Part shown: positions 1-8,079 of the stretch, in pieces
How the letters are laid out: every line of letters begins with the position of its first letter
How positions within the stretch are numbered: position 1 is the stretch's first letter
Assembly: GCA_016207165.1 (NCBI GenBank)
Contig: JACQQD010000001.1
Coordinates: 64,001-128,000 of the forward strand
Length of the DNA: 64,000 bases
From: Candidatus Micrarchaeota archaeon
GTDB taxonomy: Archaea; Micrarchaeota; Micrarchaeia; Norongarragalinales; Norongarragalinaceae
Direction of reading: 5' to 3'
Position numbers and translations under genes: made by a program
Notes under the pieces: model-generated
Told to the model about the DNA's origin: nothing
The model's database searches: none
Seen by the model: the letters and a program-made list of their open reading frames with translations, nothing else

Positions 1-397
1 CTCTTTTGGGGTGGCGGGGGTGTGTGTCATGAGCTCTTTGGTTTGAATGTGCCAAATTCCAGGGTTTGGCGATGTTTGGGCGTTTTTGACGGGTTGCTGG
101 CGGGTCTTGGGATGGCGGGCGTTCCGGTCCGTACAACTTTTGGCGGTATACCGCTGCTAGGGGTGGCGGGGGGTTTGGGGCGGTCACGTAGTAAATGGCG
201 TTCGGGCATCCTTGGCGTTGGCCTGCGTCAAATTGTTTTCCGTTGGTTTTGTGTTCGTGGAATTAGGTTCGCATGTCTGCTCTTGCACGCGTTTCTGTGT
301 TTTTTTTTCTCTTGGTTTTTCGGTAACTTCCGGGCTGTTTGTGTTTTTTGACGTGGTGGCTTTCTTTATTGAACGCGGGTGAATCATAGTATTCGGT

Positions 398-3010
398 ATG
401 TCCTTTGATCCGTCGCTGTACCTTCACTCCGAGGTCCTGCATTTGGCAAAGCGGCGGGGGTTTGAGTCTTTTACTTTGGTTCAGCAGAAGGCGTTTCCGG
501 AGGTGGCGGCGGGAAAAAACGTGTTGGTCATGGCGCCGACGGGTTTTGGAAAGACGGAGGCGGCCATGCTGCCGATTTTGTCCAAGTTGGTCCAGGAGAA
601 AGGCGAGGGGGTTCAGTGTCTGTACATTACGCCGTTGCGCGCCTTGAATCGGGACATGTTGTCGCGCATGGAGTTTTTCTGCAAGATGCTGGGGTTGCGC
701 TTGGGGGTGCGGCATGGGGACACGACGGCGTACGAGCGCGTCAAACAAAAAGAGCAGCCTCCCCACGTCTTGATCACTACGCCGGAGAGTCTGGGCGCGC
801 TTTTGGTGGCCGGCATGCGGGACTCTTTGGTCAACGTCCGGTTTGTGGTGGTCGATGAAGTCCATGAATTGGCGTACTCCAAGCGGGGCGTGCAGTTGAA
901 CTTGGCGTTGATTCGGCTGGGGTTGTTGGCCCCGTTTCAAGTCATTGGGTTGTCCGCCACGGTTTCGGCTCCAAGGGACGTGGCGGCGTTTTTGGGGGAA
1001 GGCGTGGGGGTGGTGGACGCGTCGGAGTTGCGGTCGCTGGATTTGTCGGTGGAGTACCCCAAAAAAGCGGTGGCCATGGAAGGGTTGAAACCGGATACGG
1101 CCGCCCGGTTGGTGCGGTTGGAGCAACTCATTGCGTCGCACGGCAAGACGTTGGTGTTCGTCAACACGCGGTTCATGGCTGAAGCGTTGGGGGCCTTGCT
1201 TCGGCCGCTTTTGGGCGAGGATTTTGCTGTTCACCACTCGTCGTTGTCCAAGGAGGCCCGTCTGGAATCCGAGGAGGCGTTCAAGAAAGGGCAACTCAAG
1301 GCCTTGGTCTGCACGTCTTCCCTTGAACTAGGCATGGACATTGGGGACGTGGACTTGGTGGTTCAAGTGGGTTCCCCCCGCCAGGTCACGCGGTTGGTTC
1401 AGCGGGTGGGGCGGTCGGGTCACAAGCATCATTTGACGCCCAAAGGCGTGGTTTTGGCGTTGGATGAGTTGGATGAATTGGAGGCGAAGGTGTTGGTGGA
1501 CTTGGCGCATGCGCGTTTGTTGGAGCCGCAGGCGCCGCGGTTGGGCTGTTTGGACGTGTTGGCGCACCAAATCTGTGGGCTGGCGCTTGAATTTGGCCGC
1601 ATCCGCTTGGAGGGCGTGGTCAAGAACTTTCGGACATCCCGCCTTTATGCCGGGTTGCTGGTTTCTGTTGCTAAAAAGGTGGTCGGTCAGCTGGTTTCGG
1701 AGGGGTTGCTGGCTTTTGACGGCGAGTTTTTGGAGCCGACCAAGCGGACGAAGTTTTACTATTACGAGAATTTGAGCACGATTTCGGATCTCAAGAAGGT
1801 GTTCGTCAAGAACGCGGAGTCCAACAAGAACGTGGCGCTTTTGGATGACGTGTTCGTGTCGAATTATTTGCAGGTTGGCGTCGCGTTCATCGCACGGGGC
1901 CGCGCGTGGCGGGTTTTAAGCATGGTGGACGATGAGTTGGTCGTCGAGCCGTCAAAAGACGTGTCGGCGGCCATTCCGGATTGGGTGGGGGAAGAAATTC
2001 CAGTGGCCCGGGGGGTGGCCGCCAAAGTCGCCGGCGCGCTTTCCGAGGGGTCTACGGCGTTTGGTAAAAAGCAGGCCGCGTTTTTCGTGCCGTCGGCTTC
2101 GGAGTGGGTGGTGGAATCCGAGGGCCCGGTGGTCGTGGTGCACTCTTTTTTGGGCCACCGCGGCAACGAAGCCCTTGCAAAACTGTTGGCGTTTTCTTTG
2201 GCGGCCAAAGGCAAATCGGTTCGGACGCGGGCGGGCGCGTACCACGTCTTGGTTGAATTTGGAAAGTCGGCGGACGCGGAGGCGGTGGCGGCCGTTCTTT
2301 TGGTTTGGCGCCAAAAAAGCGTGGCCGCGTTCCTCAAAACGCATTTGGTGGATTCGCCTTTGTTCGCGTCGCGGTTCGTGCACGTGGCCAAGCGGTTCGG
2401 TTTCCTGCAAAAAGACCGGGACTACCAAGCCGTTTCCGTCAAAAAGTTGGCGGCGGTGATGAAAGATTCCGTGATTGCCGAGGAAGTCTTCGCCGAATTG
2501 TTTTACGAGAAGCTGGACGTTTCAACGCTGGAATCGGCGTTGTCTTCGTTTCGCGTTTCGGTTCGGCCGTCGGGTTTTTCGCCTTTGGCCCGGCACGCCG
2601 TGGCGTTGGGTGGTTTCAGCGAACTGATTACGGCGGCGGAGCCGACGGAGAAGGTGGTGGCCGCGTTTGCCGAGGAATTGCGGTCTAAAAAGATTCAATT
2701 GCATTGCGGGTACTGCAACCAGCGCTTCACGAAATCCTTGGGCTTTTTGGAGGAGGCCCAATGCCTGTTTTGCGGGTCGCCTCGGATTTTTCCGGAGACC
2801 TATTCGGCGAAAAAAGACCAGCGCGTGGTCATGGATTTGGTGGCGGCGTACGGAAAAAACGCGTTGGTTGCGTTGAGTGCGTATGGCGTTGGGCCGGAGG
2901 CGGCCAAGCGCATTCTTTCACGGCTGCACAAGTCGGAGGACGACTTGTTTTACGACTTGCTTCAAGCCCAGAAGGATTTCATTCGGACGAAGAAGTTCTG
3001 GAAGGTCTAG
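398..3010 (+). CDS. lhr: Lhr-family ATP-dependent SF2 helicase
   Basis: APTGFGKT, TPLRALNRD, ITTPESL, DEVH, SAT, HHSSLS, TSSLELGMDIG, QRVGRSGH motifs; IPDWVGE; C-terminal CxxC..CxxC and YGVGP HhH. Confidence 0.93.
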   Translation: MSFDPSLYLHSEVLHLAKRRGFESFTLVQQKAFPEVAAGKNVLVMAPTGFGKTEAAMLPILSKLVQEKGEGVQCLYITPLRALNRDMLSRMEFFCKMLGLRLGVRHGDTTAYERVKQKEQPPHVLITTPESLGALLVAGMRDSLVNVRFVVVDEVHELAYSKRGVQLNLALIRLGLLAPFQVIGLSATVSAPRDVAAFLGEGVGVVDASELRSLDLSVEYPKKAVAMEGLKPDTAARLVRLEQLIASHGKTLVFVNTRFMAEALGALLRPLLGEDFAVHHSSLSKEARLESEEAFKKGQLKALVCTSSLELGMDIGDVDLVVQVGSPRQVTRLVQRVGRSGHKHHLTPKGVVLALDELDELEAKVLVDLAHARLLEPQAPRLGCLDVLAHQICGLALEFGRIRLEGVVKNFRTSRLYAGLLVSVAKKVVGQLVSEGLLAFDGEFLEPTKRTKFYYYENLSTISDLKKVFVKNAESNKNVALLDDVFVSNYLQVGVAFIARGRAWRVLSMVDDELVVEPSKDVSAAIPDWVGEEIPVARGVAAKVAGALSEGSTAFGKKQAAFFVPSASEWVVESEGPVVVVHSFLGHRGNEALAKLLAFSLAAKGKSVRTRAGAYHVLVEFGKSADAEAVAAVLLVWRQKSVAAFLKTHLVDSPLFASRFVHVAKRFGFLQKDRDYQAVSVKKLAAVMKDSVIAEEVFAELFYEKLDVSTLESALSSFRVSVRPSGFSPLARHAVALGGFSELITAAEPTEKVVAAFAEELRSKKIQLHCGYCNQRFTKSLGFLEEAQCLFCGSPRIFPETYSAKKDQRVVMDLVAAYGKNALVALSAYGVGPEAAKRILSRLHKSEDDLFYDLLQAQKDFIRTKKFWKV

Positions 3011-3269
3011 CTTTCCTTGTAAAATGCACGGCGCGCCAGACAGTGGTGTTGGGTGCGCCAAACCGCATGCGGTGCGCGAGTGAGATTCCCTCGCGTTGCC
3101 GTTCTTTGATTACTCGGTCAATCCATATGGGTAGCGAGGCTTCCATGAAGCCGATTTTTCTGCCGGTAAGTCTCGCATACGGAATGTAGACGCCGTGGCC
3201 TTTGACTTGGGCGTAAATCTTGTTTTCTAAAAGAATTTTTCGGAGGGCGTTCGCCGCGTCTTCGGGCAT
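2979..3269 (-). CDS. hypothetical protein
   Basis: 96-aa ATG ORF with TATA-like element upstream; no recognisable motif. Confidence 0.5.
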   Translation of the reverse strand: MPEDAANALRKILLENKIYAQVKGHGVYIPYARLTGRKIGFMEASLPIWIDRVIKERQREGISLAHRMRFGAPNTTVWRAVHFTRKARPSRTSSSE

Positions 3270-3333
3270 GTGGGTTTTGTTTTGCGGCGCGGCATTTATG
3301 GGTTTTCGTTTGGTTTAACCGTGCGGTTTTGTT

Positions 3334-3762
3334 TTACTTGCGCGTTTGCTGCATGCGTCGGTTGTGGACCAAGAGCGCGATTTGGGCTTCGATGTGAGGG
3401 TTGCGGCCGCCTTGCCGGCGGAGGCTGGCCACAGCGTCTTGAAATTCTTCATCCGTATCGGCTCTGGCCGCGTCCAGAAAGTGGCTGGCGTTGAGGTTGG
3501 ACAAGTTGGCGGCATTGGCGGTTCGACCGGCTTGCGTGTTTCCAAGCCCTTGTCGCCGCAATAGGTTCAACAGTTCTTGGGGGCTTCGTGCTCGTCGGAC
3601 TGCGTTGGAGGGAAGCCGCCACGCCGAGTGGTTGGCGGAGGGGCGGGTCGTCGAACGGGTGGGTGGCTGGCTCATGCGCGGGGCTTGAAGAGTGGGTCGC
3701 GTATTTCGTGCGGCGGCGGAATGGTGCGTGGGCGGGCGCCGGGCACTGGTTTTAACGGCCAT
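3334..3762 (-). CDS. hypothetical basic protein
   Basis: 142-aa ATG ORF at the end of the minus-strand run that starts with the Ub-like gene. Confidence 0.55.
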   Translation of the reverse strand: MAVKTSARRPPTHHSAAARNTRPTLQAPRMSQPPTRSTTRPSANHSAWRLPSNAVRRARSPQELLNLLRRQGLGNTQAGRTANAANLSNLNASHFLDAARADTDEEFQDAVASLRRQGGRNPHIEAQIALLVHNRRMQQTRK

Positions 3763-3785
3763 GGTTGGCTTTTTTCTGGCCGGCT

Positions 3786-3911
3786 TTATTTGGTTTTGCT
3801 TTGGTTGGGTGCGGGATGCTTTTCCAGGAAGTCGTAGTCGTCTTCCGTCGGCGGCTTTTTTTCTTCCAAGGCGGGTTCCGTGACGTGCACGATGCGGGGT
3901 TTGCCGTTCAT
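3786..3911 (-). CDS. 41-aa microprotein (MNGKPRIVHVTEPALEEKKPPTEDDYDFLEKHPAPNQSKTK), absent from the ORF track
   Basis: Manual translation; ATG overlaps the TGA of the upstream gene (TGATG coupling). Confidence 0.55.
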   Translation of the reverse strand: MNGKPRIVHVTEPALEEKKPPTEDDYDFLEKHPAPNQSKTK

Positions 3912-4327
3912 CAGTTGTCGGACACCTTTCCAGGCTTGAATTCAGTGGGTTTGGGTTTGCTTTTGGGCGTGCTTGAATACGTCCCCGCGTTTTGCCTCGT
4001 GATTCTCACCAAACCCTTGGCTCGCAGAAGTTCCAGGATTTCGTTGGATTCGTGGAGGGCCAGGGGTTGGTGGAGTTGAATGTATTGGCGTCGGGTGTTG
4101 GGTTCGTCGTACTCCTCGCCCACAACGACGAGTTGGGTTTCCGTTTGGAGGAGGGTCAATTTCTCGTTGATGCCTTCAACGCCGCCCTTGAAGGGGTGGA
4201 GGGTCACCGGAATTTTTACTTGGAGGGCTCCGGACACGGATTGAGTGGCGTGGGCTTGGTTCCAGTGGATTTGTTGAATGTCGCCGTAGCGGTGTAGGTT
4301 CTCGATTTCTCGGATTAGGTTTTTCAC
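3911..4327 (-). CDS. hypothetical protein, possible C-terminal winged helix
   Basis: Start overlaps the E2 stop; EILELLRAKGLVRITR resembles a wHTH helix-to-wing segment. Confidence 0.6.
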   Translation of the reverse strand: MKNLIREIENLHRYGDIQQIHWNQAHATQSVSGALQVKIPVTLHPFKGGVEGINEKLTLLQTETQLVVVGEEYDEPNTRRQYIQLHQPLALHESNEILELLRAKGLVRITRQNAGTYSSTPKSKPKPTEFKPGKVSDN

Positions 4328-4788
4328 AGTCCGACCACCCTCGGCCCTTTGGGTTTGTGTTGCGGCAAGTCTTGGTGTTCCAGGTAGTACCTCGCCGCCT
4401 CTTCGTTCAGGGGGCTTTGGGGGTTGGGGTTCTTGAGCAATTGGATGAGGCCGTTTACGACGCTTACGAGGTTCTGGCCTTCACTCCACTCGTTGACGAG
4501 TTGGATGCACACTACGCCCACGCCTGGGTGGATGTTGGGGTGGAAAATGGGGGTCAGCCAGAACGCCATGAGTCCGCCGGGGTAGGGGTAGTCGCGGTTG
4601 AGTTCAATGCGGACGGAGTGCTGGCTTCGTGGCACGATGGAACCGTTTTGCTGGGCGAGGCCGGGGCCTTGGATGGAGACGGTGTACGTGGTCAAGTCAG
4701 GGGTGACGTCGAATCGGATGCCGGCGGCTCTCATTTCCGCGCACTCGCTTTCCAGGCGTCGCTTCCAGATGGCTTCGGGCAGTTGCAT
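4324..4788 (-). CDS. ubiquitin-conjugating enzyme E2 (UBC fold)
   Basis: KRRLESE helix, DYPY, TPIFHPNI...VCIQLVNEWS (HPN plus catalytic Cys plus W), LLKNPNPQSPLNEEAA. Confidence 0.95.
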   Translation of the reverse strand: MQLPEAIWKRRLESECAEMRAAGIRFDVTPDLTTYTVSIQGPGLAQQNGSIVPRSQHSVRIELNRDYPYPGGLMAFWLTPIFHPNIHPGVGVVCIQLVNEWSEGQNLVSVVNGLIQLLKNPNPQSPLNEEAARYYLEHQDLPQHKPKGPRVVGL

Positions 4789-4795
4789 GCGTTTT

Positions 4796-5287
4796 TCACG
4801 TGGGTTCGACGTTAATGTTTTCCGTGTATCTTTTTAGTTTTTCTGCTTGCCGCAGCCACGTTTTTCGGGTGGGCCGGGCGTGGATTCGGAAATTCACGAC
4901 GGCATTTTCAGGAACGCGCAGGCCGGCGTCTTGTCCCCAGGCGGGCAGGGTGTCTTCAATGCCGATTCCGGTGACTTGGACGCGATGGGTGCCTCCGAGG
5001 TGGCGTTGGAGGCGTTGCTCCAAGTGGCGGCGGATGGCCAGCACGACGTCGGCTTCCTGAGGGGTCGGCATCCAATCTTGTTCTTTGGACGGCGTCCAGG
5101 TGGATGGATTTGAGAGTACCGCGTTTCGGTACGCGTCCTGAATTTTTTTTGGGACTTGTCCCGTCCATCGGGCGGTGGCACGGATGGTGACGTTGAATTC
5201 GTCGCCTTTGGGTACGGCGTCCACGGAAAGAATGGTTGTTTCAGTCAATGGCTTGAACAACAAGAGGCGTTCCAAGGCGCGCAGCAT
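4796..5287 (-). CDS. hypothetical protein between the Ub-like and E2 genes
   Basis: 163-aa ORF with 10-bp and 7-bp gaps to its neighbours on the same strand. Confidence 0.65.
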   Translation of the reverse strand: MLRALERLLLFKPLTETTILSVDAVPKGDEFNVTIRATARWTGQVPKKIQDAYRNAVLSNPSTWTPSKEQDWMPTPQEADVVLAIRRHLEQRLQRHLGGTHRVQVTGIGIEDTLPAWGQDAGLRVPENAVVNFRIHARPTRKTWLRQAEKLKRYTENINVEPT

Positions 5288-5297
5288 GGTGTGGGGT

Positions 5298-5540
5298 TTA
5301 CCCGCCGGTGGGGTCCGGCATCAGCAAAAGCTGGTCGTTTTCCTTGAGTCCCGCTTCTTGGACGGTGACTTCCGGGCCCAGGATCTTGTGGTCGGCTGTG
5401 GCCAACACGAAGCGGTCTTTGAGTTTGAGGCTCTCGGAAAGCACGTCCAAAATCGAGGAAACGGTAAACGCGGGTTCGACGGCAACCACGATTTCCTTTC
5501 CGGACGTCGTGTGCATGATGGTCACGTTGAATTCACTCAT
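5298..5540 (-). CDS. ubiquitin-like beta-grasp modifier, 80 aa, C-terminal GG
   Basis: GAGGTG RBS before ATG 5540; MSEFNVTIMHTTSGKEIVVAVEPAFTVSSI...TVQEAGLKENDQLLLMPDPTGG follows the ubiquitin pattern. Confidence 0.9.
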   Translation of the reverse strand: MSEFNVTIMHTTSGKEIVVAVEPAFTVSSILDVLSESLKLKDRFVLATADHKILGPEVTVQEAGLKENDQLLLMPDPTGG

Positions 5541-5653
5541 GAAGGATTGCACCTCTTTAGCGGTTTTTCTTTTCACTCTTGACTCTTAAATGCGTGTTGG
5601 TCGGCCTCTGGCGCGAAACCTTGATTAACGCCTGCTGGCAAACGGTTCGTATC

Positions 5654-6427
5654 ATGGACAAACCCAAGATCGTGTCGGTGTCCGGCGCGGATTCAGACCA
5701 AACACAGCGGGACGCGTTGGGGGTGCCCCCGTTGCCTGGCGGCGAACCGCAGCCAAAAAGGTCGTCTCCGGAAACCCGACTCGTGGCCCCCCCAAACCTG
5801 CAACGCGGGCAGACGAATCAATCAAGCCTTCAACCCAAGCAAACGGTTCTTCAACCCGCATTTGAATCCGAGTCCGAAATTCCTCCGGAACGAATGACGC
5901 CGGAATCGCCGCTTGTTTCACAACCCGTTTCCAGAACGCAGACGGAATCCGAAGTTTCAATGCCGCGTCCTGTCGCGGAGCCGTCACCATCGAAACCGGA
6001 AAACCCGGAGCAATCCACGCCGGGTGCCACTTCCAAACCGCCGGACCCGCTTGCTGTGGAGCCGGAGCAACCCGTGGTTCAAGTCCGGCCCGTTTTGTCC
6101 GACCCCGTTTCGGCGCCGCCGTGGGTGGCGCGGAACCAGCCGCGTCCGAAAGTGTTTATGCGTCCCGAGTTTGACGACCGCGAGGACGAGGCGTTGGCCC
6201 GCGACTTGTTGTCTGATTCAAAGCCCCGCATCGTGGCCCGCCGGGACGTGGCCCAGGAATACCGTGAACAGGCTTCCCGTGACATTCTGCCACCGTCCCC
6301 GCCTCCGCATCCGTTGACCATGGACGAGCAGCGGGCGCACGCCAAGGGGCTGGCGCAGAAAATCCACGAGGGAAAACAGTCGGAAGGCTTTTTCTCGAAA
6401 CTCAAACGCAGGCTTGGGTGGCCGTAG
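5654..6427 (+). CDS. Pro/Ser/Glu-rich disordered protein with C-terminal amphipathic helix
   Basis: Low-complexity composition; ends GFFSKLKRRLGWP; overlaps the JAMM start. Confidence 0.7.
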   Translation: MDKPKIVSVSGADSDQTQRDALGVPPLPGGEPQPKRSSPETRLVAPPNLQRGQTNQSSLQPKQTVLQPAFESESEIPPERMTPESPLVSQPVSRTQTESEVSMPRPVAEPSPSKPENPEQSTPGATSKPPDPLAVEPEQPVVQVRPVLSDPVSAPPWVARNQPRPKVFMRPEFDDREDEALARDLLSDSKPRIVARRDVAQEYREQASRDILPPSPPPHPLTMDEQRAHAKGLAQKIHEGKQSEGFFSKLKRRLGWP

Positions 6428-6870
6428 CCTTGTACGACGTGTACTTGTCTGCGGACGTGGTGGAAAAAGCCCAAACGCATTTCCGCACCGCCGCGTCCCG
6501 GGGCAAGGAAGCCATGGGCTTGTTGTTGGGGTCCGCCTTCGTCTGGAACGGCAACCCGTATGCCGTGGCGGAACGGTACGTGACGGCGTCCAACGACGCG
6601 ACGGCGGTCAGCGTTCGCTTTTCTCGCGAGGCGTTTTCCGATCTTTCCAAAAAACTCAACGGCTTTCGCGTGGTGGGCTGGACGCACAGCCATCCCGACT
6701 ACGGGTGTTTTCTGTCGTCCACCGACGTGGCGACGCAGGAATCGTTTTTTTCGGAGGACTTCCATTTTGCGTTCGTCGTGGACCCGGTGCGCGGCGAAAA
6801 GAAATGCTTCAAAGTGCGAAACGGTCAAAGCGTGCCCGTGGGTTTCGCCGTGATTCGGAGGAAGCGCTAA
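6418..6870 (+). CDS. JAMM/MPN+ metallo-isopeptidase (Rpn11/CSN5-like)
   Basis: EAMGLLLG and VVGWTHSHPDYGCFLSSTDVATQ give the E..HxH-x7-S-x2-D motif; FVVDPV. Confidence 0.95.
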   Translation: MAVALYDVYLSADVVEKAQTHFRTAASRGKEAMGLLLGSAFVWNGNPYAVAERYVTASNDATAVSVRFSREAFSDLSKKLNGFRVVGWTHSHPDYGCFLSSTDVATQESFFSEDFHFAFVVDPVRGEKKCFKVRNGQSVPVGFAVIRRKR

Positions 6871-7658
6871 TGGAGGAACGGCAGGACGGTGTGTTGGCCT
6901 CCGATGGCGCGGTTCCCAAGCAAGCGCCCAAAACCAGGAAAAAGCGGAAAGCCGCCCAGCGCTTCAAGGTCACGCGGTTTGACAAGGATTTAGTCAAACT
7001 CATTCACGCTGGCACGACGAACCTCAAAGACGCATGCCAACAATTGGGCGTGGACTACGACTCGGCGCGAAGCCGTGCGCTGGCCATGGCGGAAAAAAAG
7101 TGGCTGGTCACCGACCCCTCGCATGCCGACGTGTTCCGCTTGGGTTTGGAGGGCTACAACCAGTTTGCCTCCGTCGTCAAACCCAAAGCCAAGTCATTGG
7201 CGGCCAAGGCGTCGGGGCGGTCGCCGCCCAAGGCGGCGGTCGCCGATTCGGAACCCGTGCCTCCACTGGAAGACGTGGATTCGCTGCCTTCGGCGTCCAA
7301 TGCCGTGGACTTGGCGGACTTGCTCCGCCGGGGCGCGCCCAAGTTGACGTCGGGGGAGCCGACGGATTACGGGTTGCCTGCGCCGTCACCTTCGCTGCCG
7401 GTGCCGCCCGTGACGCAGAAAAACGCCGCGGAAAGCACGGTGTGCGAACTGTGTCGGGCGCCGTTTAAGTTGTCCGTCAAGAATCTGGAGGGCGCCAAGT
7501 ACGCGCACTGTTTCTGCGGGGCCGCGTACCACAAGGACTGCTATCACGCGTTGGTGGAAGGCGGGGGCCGGTGCGCGCGGTGCGGAAGAAAGCTTTCACT
7601 CATCCTGGATCGGCACGCGGATGAGGCCCTCAAAAGCGTCAAGGATTTGTTTGACTAG
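6870..7658 (+). CDS. wHTH + linker + C4HC3 RING-like zinc finger, candidate E3 ligase
   Basis: ATG overlaps the JAMM TAA; C-x2-C-x18-C-x-C-x4-H-x2-C-x10-C-x2-C at the C-terminus; HTH-like N-terminal domain. Confidence 0.8.
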   Translation: MEERQDGVLASDGAVPKQAPKTRKKRKAAQRFKVTRFDKDLVKLIHAGTTNLKDACQQLGVDYDSARSRALAMAEKKWLVTDPSHADVFRLGLEGYNQFASVVKPKAKSLAAKASGRSPPKAAVADSEPVPPLEDVDSLPSASNAVDLADLLRRGAPKLTSGEPTDYGLPAPSPSLPVPPVTQKNAAESTVCELCRAPFKLSVKNLEGAKYAHCFCGAAYHKDCYHALVEGGGRCARCGRKLSLILDRHADEALKSVKDLFD

Positions 7659-7660
7659 GC

Positions 7661-8044
7661 CTATTCTTTTGCTTGAATGGTTACTTTGTGAGTCAGAAAC
7701 GTCAGAAACTCAAGGCCCGAATGGCCGTGGTCGTCGGTATGCAACGACGCAATTACTTGCTTTTTTTTGTTTATGATTTCGACTCGTTTCCGCAGGTATT
7801 CTAGGACTTCGTCCGCCGTTGCAGGGTTTTTTCTACCGCGCCGGGAAGTGATGCTCGCGTCTTCTCCCTCTACCTTGATCTCGGTTCGAACCAGGTTGTT
7901 TCGCCGGAGGTGGGCGAGCCTCGGTAACCCGGAAGACCGGCGCAGGGTTTTTTCTCCCGGGTGACGAATGTATGCGGTCAACGAGTACGTTATTCCGGCA
8001 CGATTTAATCGTCCTATCAGGCTCTTCGTCGCTGCGTACACCAT
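7661..8044 (-). CDS. hypothetical protein
   Basis: 127-aa ATG ORF downstream of E1. Confidence 0.5.
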   Translation of the reverse strand: MVYAATKSLIGRLNRAGITYSLTAYIRHPGEKTLRRSSGLPRLAHLRRNNLVRTEIKVEGEDASITSRRGRKNPATADEVLEYLRKRVEIINKKKQVIASLHTDDHGHSGLEFLTFLTHKVTIQAKE

Positions 8045-8079
8045 GATGACTAATTTTCCAGGGTCTTTAACTGCGTTTC

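Noticed and set aside
1-387. Short minus-strand ORFs at the window start
   Set aside because: Low complexity, no motif, and the reading frame cannot be chosen with confidence.
263-1294. Long antisense ORFs (also 27055-28638, 43393-44700, 55925-57232, 57340-58491)
   Set aside because: Shadow ORFs opposite well-supported genes, expected with GC-rich codon usage.
6414-6869. N-terminal extension of the 414-aa ORF in the track
   Set aside because: It overlaps the JAMM gene in another frame; the coupled ATG at 6870 is the better start.
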